Source of the DNA: Squalus acanthias
Taxonomy: Eukaryota
NCBI GenBank assembly: GCA_030390025.1
Contig: CM059431.1
Location: 119,104,001 to 119,168,000 of the forward strand
Direction of reading: 5' to 3'
Length of the DNA: 64,000 bases
A program made the translations under genes and the position numbers. The first letter of the stretch is position 1, and each line of letters starts with the position of its first letter. The notes beneath the pieces are model-generated. The model ran no database searches and had not been told where the DNA came from. It saw nothing but the letters and a program-made list of their open reading frames with translations. Shown here piece by piece: positions 12,104-23,782 of the stretch.

Positions 12104-12416
12104 TGGTTATGGTCTGAAATTGTTGAACTCAGACCCATCTTTTGTTTCTTTACTTGTCCCATTACAATCCCCTTTTGATTTGCGCCCTCATCCCTTTTGT
12201 CATTTAATCACTCTTGCCTTCGATGCTATCACAGACCTTCCTTTGTGTTCTTTCCTCCCCCCATTCCCCCCCGCCCTTTCCCTGCCTCTATACTTGCTTA
12301 AAACGTGTTACACCTCTAACTTTTTCCAGTTCTGATGAAAGGTCATCGACCTGAAACGTTAACTCTGTTTCTCTCTCCACAGATGCTGTCATTTTCAGCA
12401 TTTTCTGTTTTTATTC
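12104..12416 (+). mobile_element. Penelope-like element terminal-repeat (pLTR) fragment, family 1, with an inverted 5' piece
   Basis: 12131-12416 matches 58665-58952; 12104-12130 is the reverse complement of GAGTTCAACAATTTCAGACCATAACC (58553-58578). Confidence 0.75.
12328..12364 (+). ncRNA. Minimal type-I hammerhead ribozyme (PLE-associated)
   Basis: AGTT-CTGATGA-A-AGGTC-ATC-GACCT-GAAA-CGTT-AACT: conserved core, 5-bp stem II, palindromic AACGTT stem III, stem I AGTT/AACT. Confidence 0.7.
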
Positions 12417-12974
12417 CATTAAACAAAAACTCCTTCAAGACTAACGTAACCCCTTGTGGCATGCAATGTGTGTTCTCACAGTGGTTTGGAGTTAAAGATG
12501 TGTAAATTGGGCTAAAAATTCGGGGGGCTTTACACCACCCGTTACCATGAAAAAGTAGCAAAAAGAGGGCGGCCACCGCTCTTTTGCCAGCTGGTGGCGG
12601 GACCCGGGGCTACCGCCATTTTCTGAGGTCCAGCAGTGTTGCTGGTAAGAGCGATGGTCCTGCAAATTTAAATTAGGAAGAGGTGACGACTAAAGGTCAC
12701 CTCAGCGAATTTGGACTTTAGCGGTGAGTTCAGTGCTGGGTCCTAAGCTCGCCATGAAAACAGTGTTCATCAGACTCACAGAGGTGCTGTCAGCACCTCT
12801 TAAAGGGACACACACATCTTTCAGGTAATTTTGCATTTAAGCTTTTGGACTGGATTTTTTTTGATTTTATTGAAGTTGTGGCTTGGCGCAATACATGTTA
12901 AAAGTTTTTTTAAGTCTGTAGGGAGTGCTGCTGGATGCTTGCTAGGCCTAGGATGGTAAAAGAAGGCCTCTGGG

Positions 12975-13056
12975 AAGACAAAACATGCTGCAAATACTCA
13001 GCAGGTCAGGCAACATCCGTGGAGAGAGAAACAGAGTTCATGTCTCAGGTCAAGAT
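12975..13056 (-). mobile_element. Short PLE family-1 fragment nested in the Harbinger derivative
   Basis: ATGCTGCAAATACTCAGCAGGTCAGGCAACATCCGTGGAGAGAGAAACAGAG is the reverse of the pLTR tail at 56035-56095. Confidence 0.6.
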
Positions 13057-14054
13057 TTTATGCTCTCATTTCAGATTTTTCAGCATCCACTCGCAGAGGA
13101 AAGAGGAAGATGCAGAAGAGAAAGAAACTGAAGAGGAAGAAGCTGAAGAGGAGGAAGCAGAAGAGGAGAAAACAGAAGAGGAGGAAGCAGAAGGAATGAT
13201 GCAACCCAAACAGCCCCTTTCTGGTCGGGATCTCCGAGATGGAATCATCCTTCTGTGGTACCAGTGACCACAACTCCAATTCCCCTTTTCCCATTGTCCA
13301 ACACCTTACCTTCCCTCTGTTACTCACCAACACAGCATCCTCTTGGACACAATGCTGAAATAAAAGCCACCACAAACCAAACTTTCCAATCCAACTTTAT
13401 AAATTTATCCATCCAATATGACATCAAGAAATCAACTCATCACCCTTATGCATTCCCTTAGAGACTGTCTTGTGTGTGCCTTTGCCTATCCTACTAATGT
13501 CACACAGATCTACCCCAGTGGCTGCAGCATGGCTGGTGGAAGGCTGCTGACTTTCAGTGGGGGACACTGCAGATGGCCTTGCTGGTCGACCTTGAGGAGC
13601 TAGTGGCGGGGAGTGTCAAATCAAGTGATAGTGTTTTTTTGTTGTTGCTCTTCTTCTTCTTCTTTTTCTTCTTCGCTCTCCTCTCCCTCTTCTTGGTCAA
13701 CCACTGGCTGGGCAGGCTGCATTTCTTGGGTGTGTGAAATGAGGAAGGCACAAGGGTGGAGTTCTGGTGAGGGGAGGGCGGGACAGCAAGAGTTGCATGC
13801 GAGAAGGATAACGTATGAGGTTACCAGCATCTTGTATCCTTTCTGCCCCCCTGCTGGCCAAGGGCTCAGCCATGCCCCTGCCAAGAATGGCCAGCACCGT
13901 CTCCACCAAGGAGGTGAGGTGAGGCTAGCAATGGGAGGTGTGCCTTGTGATTGGTACAGATTGTTGGTAGGTGAGTGATTGGGGGGGGAGTCGTGCATTG
14001 AGAAGTGTGTGAGGCTAGTGATGCAATTGGTAGGAGATGGCTTTTGAAGATGCA

Positions 14055-14190
14055 TTCACTGACCTTGACCACTGGTCTGAGGTCATGAAGCTTCTTTGGG
14101 CACTGGAGCCAGGTGGTGGGGGCGACACTGCTGGCAGTGATGGCTTTGCTGACGTGGTCCCACATCATTCTTTCTGGAGGGCCTCCTGGC
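14055..14190 (-). pseudogene. Harbinger Myb/SANT-like DNA-binding protein remnant
   Basis: WDHVSKAITASSVAPTTWLQCPKKLHDLRPVVK followed by a GTCAGT donor-like site. Confidence 0.65.
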
Positions 14191-15559
14191 CTCTGGGCTA
14201 AAAAGCTTTAGTCCCCAGCGCAAATTTTTCTCTTCTACCGCTTCGACCATTTTCAGTGGCCGTTAACCCAAGGCTGCTGTGACACTGGCAACTTTTGTAG
14301 TGGCCACGAATTTCTAGACCATTGTTTCTAGATGTTCACCTGCAAATAGACCAGTTTTGCTTTCCTCCAGGTAATGACACAGAGAGGACATGAGTGACGA
14401 GTCATGTCCCTATCATTTTTAAGGATGCGTTTAGGGCACAGTGCCCTCCACCCCCTGACCTTGTGAACTTTGTCCGTGTTGGCAACGATGGTTATAAGCA
14501 GGTCTTGGCTCAAACACCGAGGTGCGCCCTCCACTGATTTGCGAGACCTTTATTTTCTTTCAAGCTAATGACCTACCACAGTTATACAGATTAGCAGCTA
14601 ATATGCAATGTGCATTTTTGATGTCTCTCACAGTATTAGGAGCTACTGGTAATAACAATTGATCTGAAATATGTTGTAATCATAGTTCAACCTTGAGTTC
14701 TCATAATCTTGATAAACTTGTTGGCTCTGAAAATCCATCAGCTAGAATCCTGATGGTTACGCTGGGATTGTGCTCACTACAATTTGGAGGATTAGTGGGA
14801 GGGCACCTATTCTAGGGTTGTTGGGCACCCATACCACTACAGGCATACCTCTAATGCCCACCTGTTACAGGGGTTAGGGTTGCCCAGGCCCTGTGCCCCC
14901 GAGATTCCATAGTGCTGTCTCTCAGTCCCCTGTCCAATTTTATTCCTCCCAAAACTTTACAATTTCTTCAGGAACCCAAGTTTCTCTCTATTACCTGGAC
15001 CCTCCCCCTCCCTCCAGTGAGGCCCACCTACACCATGTGGGGTCTAGTACGCGTCATGTCACTTGACATACTGGCCCCCAATCCTATTCTAGGTCTCGAC
15101 TGGCTCTTGTGCAGACTTATGCAAACAATATGCAACAAAACTATCAGCTCCACCATCAATCTCTTAAAATCAGGCCAATGTTTTTTTCAGTAGTTTTATT
15201 TCATCGTGTTCAACATCTGCAGGTGAAGGGAGTTGCAGCAGGTTAAGGCAGGTCCCACTGGAACATTAAGTTCAGCTTTAATTCTAGGGAAAAATAAACT
15301 TTATAAATCTTACCATGTGAAAGAATGAGGAATATAAAAAAATACAGAAACAAGTTAAAAGGGATTTACTGGTAGATTGAATGCAGGCTAATATGGTGCC
15401 AAATTCAAGAAGAGATAAAACAGACAAGGCAACTAAAGGCCCGCCTCCATTCCTTACAAAATAATGGAATCGCTCTTCAGGAGTAAACTTGAGGACTTTC
15501 TGTATTATAATTATAACTCAGTAAGCAGTGGCCAACATGGATTCAGAAGGAGAAGATCA

Positions 15560-18500
15560 TACTGCTCAACCTTCTTGACTTCTTTGAGGAGGTATCACCC
15601 TAAATGGACTGTGGATAACCCTATGACATGGTGTACCTAGACTTCCAAAAGACATTTGACAAAGTCCCACATGAAAGGCTGTCAGTCAAGCTCAAAGCAG
15701 TGGTGGCTCAGAGTAAACCTTGGGAATAGTTTGCTGGTCAAAATGTAGAGAGCAACAAATACTCATTAGAAGAGTTAGGCTAGGGTGGGGGAAGTAATCA
15801 GTTGGATGCCCCAGGGCTTAGTGTTAGAACGGCCATTGTTTTCCCATTTATATAAATGATACAGATGCAGAAATCTGATGCAAAGTACTCACATTTGCTG
15901 ATGATACCAAACTGGGAGGAGCAGCTCAAAAATTACAGAGTGAGTTAGACAAAATAAATATGTGAGTAGATAAATGGCAGATTACTGTAATACAGAGAAA
16001 TGATATTGGCTAAGTAAAGAAATTAAAGAAAGTATCCAACTCAAAACAAGGACATATAAGGTAGCCAAAGTTAGTGGGAGGATAGAAGATTGGGAAGTCT
16101 TCAAAAGACAACAAAAAGTAACTAAAGGATTGATTAAGAAAGGGAAAATAGACTATGAAAATAAATTAGCAAAAAATATAAAAACAGATAGCAAGAGTTT
16201 CTATAGTTATATAAAAAGAAAAAGGGTGGTTAAGGCCAACGTAGGTCCCTTAGAGGATGAGACCGGGAAATTAATGGTGGGAAACATGGAGATGGCAAAA
16301 ATGCTGAACAAATATTTTGTTTCAGTCTTTACGGTAGAGAACACTAAGAATATCCCAACACAGGACAAACAGGGGGCTCTAGTGGGGGAGGAGCTAAATA
16401 CGATTAAAATTACTAAGGAATTGGTACTCAGTAAAATAATGGGACTCAAGGCGGATAAATCCCCTGGACCTGATGGCTTATATCCTAGGGTCTTGAGGGA
16501 AGTGGCAGTAGGAATTGTGGATGCTTTGGTAATAATTTTCCAAAACTCCCTGAACTCAGCAAAGGTCCCGGCAGATTGGAAAACTGCTAATGTAACACCC
16601 TTATTTAAAAAGGGTTGTAGGCAGAAGGCTGGAAATTATAGACCAGTTAGCCTAACATCTGTGGTGGGTAAAATTTTGGAGTCTATTATTAAGGAGACAG
16701 TAACGGAACATTTAGATAAACATAATTTAATAGGACAAAGTCAGCATGGCTTTATGAAGGGGAAGTCATGTCTGACAAATTTGCTCGAGTTCTTTGAGGA
16801 CATAACGTACAGGGTGGATAAAGGGGAACCAGTGGACGTAGTGTATTTAGAATTCCAGAAGGCATTCGACAAGGTGCCACATAAAAGATTATTACTCAAG
16901 ATAAAAAAATCACTGGATTGGGGGTAATATTCTGGCATGGGTGGAGGATTGGTTATCTAACAGGAAGCAGAGAGTTGGGATAAATGGTTCATTCTCGGAC
17001 TGGCAACCAGTAGCCAGTGGTGTTCCGCAGGGGTCGGTGCTGGGTCCCCAACTCTTTACAATCTATATTAACGATTTGGAGGAGGGGACCAAGTGTAACA
17101 TATCAAAGTTTGCAGATGATACCATGATGGTAGGGAAAGTAGAGAGTGAGGAGGACATAAAAAACCTACAAGGGGATATAGACAGGCTGGGTGAGTGGGC
17201 AGAGATTTGGCAGATGCAATACAATATTGGAAAATGTGAGGTTATGCACTTTGGCAGGAAAAATCAGAGAGCAAGTTATTATCTTAATGGCGAGAAACTG
17301 GAAAGTACTGCAGTACAAAGGGATCTGGGGGTCTTGGTGCAAGAAAATCAAAAAGTTAGTATGCAGGTGCAGCAGGTGATCAAGAAAGCCAATGGAATGT
17401 TGGCTTTTATTGCTAGGGGGATAGAATATAAAAACAGGGAGGTATTGCTGCAGTTGTATAGGGTATTGGTGAGACCGCACCTGGAGTACTGCATACAGTT
17501 TTGGTGTCCATACTTAAGAAAAGACATACTTGCTCTCGAGGCAGTACAAAGAAGGTTCACTCAGGTTAATTCCGGCGATGAGGGGGTGGACATACGAGGA
17601 GAGGTTGAGTAGATTGGGACTCTACTCATTGGAGTTCAGAAGAATGAGAGGTGATCTTATTGAAACATATAAGATTGTGAAGGGGCTTGATCGGGTGGAC
17701 GCGGTGAGGACGTTCCCAATGATGGGTGAAACTAGAACTAGGGGACATAATCTTAGAATAAGGGGCTCCTCTTTCAAAACTGAGATGAGGAGAAACTTTT
17801 TCACTCAGAGGGTAGTGGGTCTGTGGAATTTGCTACCCCAGGAAGCTGTGGAAGCTACTTCATTAAATAAATTTAAAACAGAAATAGACCGTTTCCTAGA
17901 AGTAAAGGGAATCAGGGGTTACGGGGAGCGGGCTGGAAATTGGACATGAGTTTGAGTTCGGATCGGTCAAGGCCCTGTGGGTGGCGGAGCGGGCCCAGGG
18001 GCCGAGTGGCCTGGTCCTGCTCCTGCTTCTTGTGTTCTTTAGAGTTGAGGTTGGATCAGATCAGCCATGATCTCATTGAATGGCGGAGCAGGCTCGAGGG
18101 GCCGATTGGTCTACTCCTGCTCCTATTTCTTATGTTCTCTTGTGTTCTTATTACATTTAATGCAGGTGCAAAGTATTTGCAAGTGCAGAAGAGGGAAAAA
18201 TAAGTAACACATGTATTCCATTCATGGTGTTGAAATAGCTCAGGATGAAATAGAAAGAGTTTTGGTAGACTTTACTCTAAACATGTCTAACTAATGCAAG
18301 CCAAGAAACAATAAAATCAATGGAATATTGAACAACATCGCCAAAACAGTTGAATTTAAGTCAGATACAGTCATGATCAACTGCACAGTGCTCTGTTCAG
18401 ACCACACCTTGAGTACAGTGTCCAGTTCTGGTCGCTGAGACAAAAGGGAGACACTCAGGTGCTGGAGATGAGGGATGGGCAATGAGGCAGATCCTTGCTA

Positions 18501-18890
18501 TCAGGGGTCTGAGATACAAAGAAAGACTGGAATGTCTCCGGCTTTTCAGCCTGGAAATGAGGCATCTGAGAGGTGATTTTGTAAATGTTTAAAAGTTAGT
18601 AAATGGGATGGATAAATCTGGAATATTGCTTTAAGTTAAATTGTTGGAGTAGTGAACATAGGTTCAACTTATTAAAAGGTTACTTTAGGACTGATAGCAG
18701 GAAGTTCTTCATTAGGGAGTGATCGATATTTGTAATGAACTTCGGGCAGTGATATGGAGGCAATGGAATAATTTAAGAAAGAACTAGATGCAGTAAAGGA
18801 GACAATAGGGTGCTTCTGGATGAATGAACTAATATGGGCAGAATGGTCATCATCATTCTTAATTATCTTGTCATCTTGTAAGTGCCCAAA
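15560..18890 (+). mobile_element. Old, diverged CR1 hosting a younger CR1
   Basis: Degenerate YLDFQK-FDKVPH and FADDTKLG before 15985; continues after 18150 (RPHLEY-VQFW-like sequence, 3' end). Confidence 0.65.
15986..18149 (+). mobile_element. 5'-truncated CR1 LINE (ORF2 reverse transcriptase, two frameshifts)
   Basis: KSPGPDG, NYRPVSLTS, QHGFMKGKSCLTNL, GVPQGSVLGP, FADD; ORF pieces 16130-16927, 16941-17612 and 17530-17949; TSD ATTAC (15981-15985 / 18150-18154). Confidence 0.93.
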
Positions 18891-19753
18891 CTGCAGAAAA
18901 CAGAAAGGACTCACAGCTGGGTTGTTTTTAGAGGTTACGATCGGTCGAAAGTGGATCAATGTTGGGAATGGTATCACTTGAATTTTGCAAGGGTGTCGTC
19001 TTGATCTCATGCTGTTGACACTATTTACAAAGGATATGCAAGATGCTATCTTTTGTATTGCCATGTGACCAATGTGTAAAAGATAACATTCAAAGGGGAT
19101 CTAGACCAATTAGGTGGATAAGTCATGGAATGGCATTTGATCTAAAAATGGATTTTATGTAAGTAAATGCATTTTCTGATATTTGTGCAGAATGTTCCTT
19201 TCAAAAATGCTACTGCTGATCCATTGTCCGAATATATGGCAGCAGTTGAAGTAACACAGGGAAAGGACAGAAGCTGTTTCCATTTGTGCACTTTGATCTA
19301 TTATGATCAGAAGATTTTGTGACAACTGATGCATGCTGGGGGTCTCTGTGCTTCCTTTCATTCCTTTGACTCACAGAACTAAACAAACTAACTGTGACAC
19401 TATGTGCACATGTCCTTGGAACTTGTGTTTTACTGAGTAGGCAGAGCCACAGTACTTTTGGATGTATTATGGCAGAGCACTGAGTAACGAACATGCAGCT
19501 TGACATTCACTGTCAGTCCCTGTCAGAGTCAAGCACCTGAGCACATTGCTAGGCATTGGATTATTGTGAATGAGAAGGTGGAAATTCACAGCACTGAGCT
19601 CAGTCACAGTGAGGACTGAACTGAAAATGGTTGTGAAGAAGCTTCCTTTCCGACGCAAGGAACTGCTCAGTGTTCAACAAAATTAGTTCCCACTTCCAGT
19701 ATGTGAAGGTGGAATTTGGGGCTGTTAGTGGCCATTAACACTGGAGGCATTAA

Positions 19754-20549
19754 GGGGGTGATTTTGCCAATGGGAGCGCGTTGGAGGCGGGACTGCTGCT
19801 TGGCGGGTTGATGTCCTGCCTTCATCGATTTGTGGCCAACCCACGCTATTTTCCCTTGATTGACCTTGTTAAGCCCGCCCAGTGGGCTTAGCAGGCCAAT
19901 TAAGGGAAAGCCAGTTGCAGAAAACGTCAACGTATGACGTTTCATTTGTCAAAAATTTTTGACAGATGAATTGTCATCGTTTGACAGCTCTGTGAAGATG
20001 TCAAACAGTGACATTCTCTGTAGTTTGATGAGGTCTTCAATTCAAGGCCTCATCAAACCTCTTTCTTTTGCAGAAATGAGATGGTTGTTGCATTGGAGAA
20101 TGCAACGGCCATCTGTCATCTCTACCGCGGAGGTCCGAGACTCTCCGCATACCCACTGACTGATGCCTGCTGGAAGAAACAAAGGTAAGTACACTTTTTC
20201 TAACACTTTCCACTTACCTCAGATACTCACCTCTCCACATTTGCACCCATCACTTACCTTCACAGCGCACTTTTGGACCCCGCAGACCCCCGCAGACCCA
20301 CTGCTCACCTCGGTGACCCTGTGGGGTTTTGAGCCTTCGGGAAGCCCGCACTTGTGTGGGCAAAATGGGGATAATCCTCTTATCTGCCTGTTAACTACCT
20401 GTTAACAGGCAGTTAAGTGGTTGTAATCCCCTTCCCGCCTCCAAGGAGATAAAACCCGGCGCGGGACGGCTACCCACCCCCAAATTCTGCCATTTTCCCG
20501 GCAGTCCCGCCTCCATACTCGCCTCCCCAGGGCTGGCAAGATTGCGCCC
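19754..20549. mobile_element. Non-autonomous Harbinger-type element
   Basis: Imperfect TIRs GGGGGTGATTTTGCCA / TGGCAAGATTGCGCCC; TSD TAA; reverse homologue of 1983-2872. Confidence 0.82.
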
Positions 20550-21585
20550 TAATAAACTGAATTGCAGAATGTGGTCCTAAAACAGTAATAAAAATCCTGT
20601 AATCCAATGCAGGAAGAAGAAATTGAACTTATTCTGCCACCTTGAAGGAGTAGTCTTGCTCACAGACATTCAGGGCTCCTTTTCAATTGTGTATCGTTCT
20701 TTTTTTGAGTTGTCAACTTTTTGAATTTCCAAGTTCTGTAGGTTGGCATGTATGTGTCAGAGCTTTTATTTTTGGACTCAGTTCTCTGTGCATTACTAAT
20801 AATGGAGCAAGCTGTCATTCAGGAGTTCTAAATACATTAATAATGTGGGTTATCATATTTGTACCTTGCCATAGGCTTCCTTGTTTTTGAAGATATTAGA
20901 CGCATTTGATTGCAGAGGAGTTTAACAAGTTTTAGTATAACAAATCAATCAGGTTTTGTAGACATCGAAACAGGCACTAGTTCCTTAAAAACAGTTTTCT
21001 AATCATCTGACAACACTTTGGAGAGAAAAATAATCATAGCAGCACTAAAACGTGGAGCAAACGTGATGCATGAAAAATTCTGGAAATCGGAAATAAAAAT
21101 AGAAAATGCTACAAATAGGTAACAACTGAAAAGAGAAAAGGGAGATTCATGTTTTGGTTAGAAATCCTGGGCTGGATTTTCTGCAATTTCAGACCATTTT
21201 CAGGCAGATTTGGGCAACCAGAGAGGAAGATGATTTGGGGAAGCATAGCACTGACTCCCCATTTATAAAGATTTATTTCAATTTTCCTTTGCTGAAACAC
21301 TAATGAAATGTGTACTAATGACATTTAAATCTCCCTTTAACGTTCAAAGTTGTATTTTTCACTCTGAACACCGATGGGCCACCTCTTGTATAAAACAGGC
21401 TCTTGGTGTTGCTTGGTGGCTCCCCACGGGCAGACGAGGACTTAAAGATGATCGTCAGAAGTTACTTCCTAGTTTTCTGCTGAGGTTCTCACTTTTTATT
21501 TTTCAGTTTCTGCAATCTCACTCTTGCGGTGGAATTGCTCCTGGTGCTTCTTTTTATCTTTTCATTGTGACTTTATAGGAAACAA

Positions 21586-23358
21586 GCCAGAATTTTGCCT
21601 ACCTGGGCGGGTCTGGTGCGGGCGGTGTCGTGGGAGGTCGTGACCCCGCTGCTGGCTCCATCCTGCTGTTGAAAATGAATTTACCTTAATGGGCCTATTA
21701 AGCCCCGCCCAGCGTGCTACCCGGCCCAATGAGATGGAGCGGGTCTGGTGATGTCATCATGACGTGTTTTCAGCCGGGTTTTTTAAAGGGACCATGGCCA
21801 CATTACATTTGACGTTTAAACTAACATAGTTCTGTCAGTGCACTACAGTATTGGAGTGCTGCAAAAAATGACTGAACAGAGGCAGAGGGCTGCACCCAGG
21901 TTCTCCCATGACCCCCTCCATATGCTTATGGAGGGAGTCACAGCACGCAGGGAGGTCCTCTTCCCTTCTGATGGGCAGAAGAGGCCTCCCCAGGAGACCA
22001 AGACAGCCTGGTTGCAGATTGCAGAGGAGGTCACAAGCAGGGATGTGGTCAGGAGGACCTGGGTGCAGTGCCACAAACATTTCAATGATCTCATTAATTA
22101 GGAAACGTTAGTACAAAGCCACACTCAACCTCATCCAGCTGTGCCTCTCATCACATCCCCATCACTCTGCCTTCCCTACCGTACTTCTGCACATCCTTAC
22201 TCATGCCAACATACCTTGCATCTCCACCCATCCCCCTCTTTCTATCTACATTATTACATCCCTATCTCACAAGCCATCCCTCTCACTAACCCTCATCCTA
22301 GTGCAATCATACCAACTAACAACACACAAGGGTAGCCACTTGGGTGTTTTATCCAATGTTTATGTAAAGTTTCTGTTAATTTTGTGTCAAACATAACAAT
22401 CTTTATTTTCAACACTTGGACAGATTTGCGTGCACCTTTGGAAGTGGCTTAGTGAGTTGTAGTGAATGGTGAGACATAACGGTACCCCCTGCAATGTTAT
22501 GAGTGTGAAAGGAATGGCTTGGATTGTAGGGATGCTTTATGGTGTTGGTGTAGGGTGGTGCTAACCTGGCGCATCATGTGGAAGCCATATGGATGTATAG
22601 CATAAAGTTAACTAAATCTGGCCATGATGAGGCCATCTCTGGCTTCCCGGGCAGCAATGTGCTCGGGTGCTGATGCCCTGTGTCCTGTGCTGCATCAGGT
22701 GATTGCGGAGAAGGTTGGTGTTGTTGTTGGTGTTGCTGGTGTGTCTGGTGCTGCTGGTGTTGAGGCTGATTGTGGTCAGATTCTGAGAACCAAGGTGAGA
22801 CAGTATAAATGGCACCCATGTTGATGGAATAGATGGCAGGTGAAGTACAGATGACAGAAGCATTCTGTCAATGGTGAGAGAGGTTCTTCCAATGAGGTGA
22901 GACTGGATGGAGACTTTGCTGGAAAGACTTGCAGCCTGCAGAATCTGTGCTGGAAATGGACTGAGCAACAGCTTCTGCCTGAGGAAAGTGATAATCTGTC
23001 AGGTGGGAGCTTTTACTGTACATTTGATGCTGTCAAGTAATCAGCTGGAGCAATAGCCACTGAACTCCCGCCTCAGGCTGACAGACGTGGTTCCCGAGCT
23101 GCGTGAACCCCGTGGCCATGCAGGAAATTTAAAAAGTAATTGAGAAAAGGCTCTTAAGTGCCTGTAAACTACCTGATATTGATTTCAATTGGGTCGCCCG
23201 CCTCTGCCGGTTGGGTCGGCTCCGCGATGACAGATGCACCTGGGGGAATGGCGTGTGGGTAGGGATGACAGTGGGTTCCCGACCTGCTGTCAAAAATAAC
23301 AACTTTCCCACCCGACCTGCCACTGATTGCGTCCGCTACCACCCCGGAAAATTCCGGC
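21586..23358. mobile_element. Non-autonomous Harbinger derivative retaining a Myb/SANT exon (copy 1 of 3)
   Basis: TIRs GCCAGAATTTTGC / GGAAAATTCCGGC; flanked by CAA on both sides; colinear with 37490-39253 and 59945-61483. Confidence 0.85.
21868..22101 (+). pseudogene. Myb/SANT-like (NAIF1/MSANTD-type) domain reading frame of Harbinger origin
   Basis: MTEQRQRAAPRFSHDPLHMLMEGVTARREVLFPSDGQKRPPQETKTAWLQIAEEVTSRDVVRRTWVQCHKHFNDL: RFS..L..L, W..IA..V and RTW.QC.K.FNDL pattern; no internal stop. Confidence 0.75.
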
Positions 23359-23782
23359 CAATGACATTTCCTTTGGGAGTCCTCTTTTCCTTTGCTGTGA
23401 AGAACAGGAGGAGATCATGAGAAACTACGAGGGGAGATCATGCTGATCAGGTGCAGTAGGCTGCATTTGGCTCCTACCCACAGGTACTTCTGCTTCTTTG
23501 GGTGTTGAACCTCATGACTCAGCAGTGCTTGAGAATTGTACCGTCTGTTTGCCCCAGACCATACTATTAGAGGCGCATTACTGTTAGTAACAGTAAAAGT
23601 CACTATAGCACTATTCTTCTATGTCCTGGGTAGCATTGGGTATGTTTGAAATGTCAGCCAATCGGCTCTTCATTAATGCATCAAGCTAGTAGCTGATGCC
23701 TTGTTTGTGTGAGCAACCCAGTTTATTTCCTTTCCTATGAATCTTGCACATTGATGTGAGACAGTAGTTACCTTTGACAGAG

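Larger units (their letters stand above)
12509..14320. mobile_element. Non-autonomous Harbinger derivative
   Basis: TIRs GGGCTAAAAATTCG / CGAATTTCTAGACC; TSD ATT; acidic (GAA) transposase-tail remnant on +; Myb/SANT remnant on -. Confidence 0.85.

Noticed and set aside
12935..13267. Glu-rich ORF (also 13621-14055 and 34730-35110)
   Set aside because: These are low-complexity acidic tracts inside Harbinger-derived elements.
21838..22101. Host gene NAIF1/MSANTD
   Set aside because: It lies within a TIR-bounded element present in three copies; only the domain-length frame exists.
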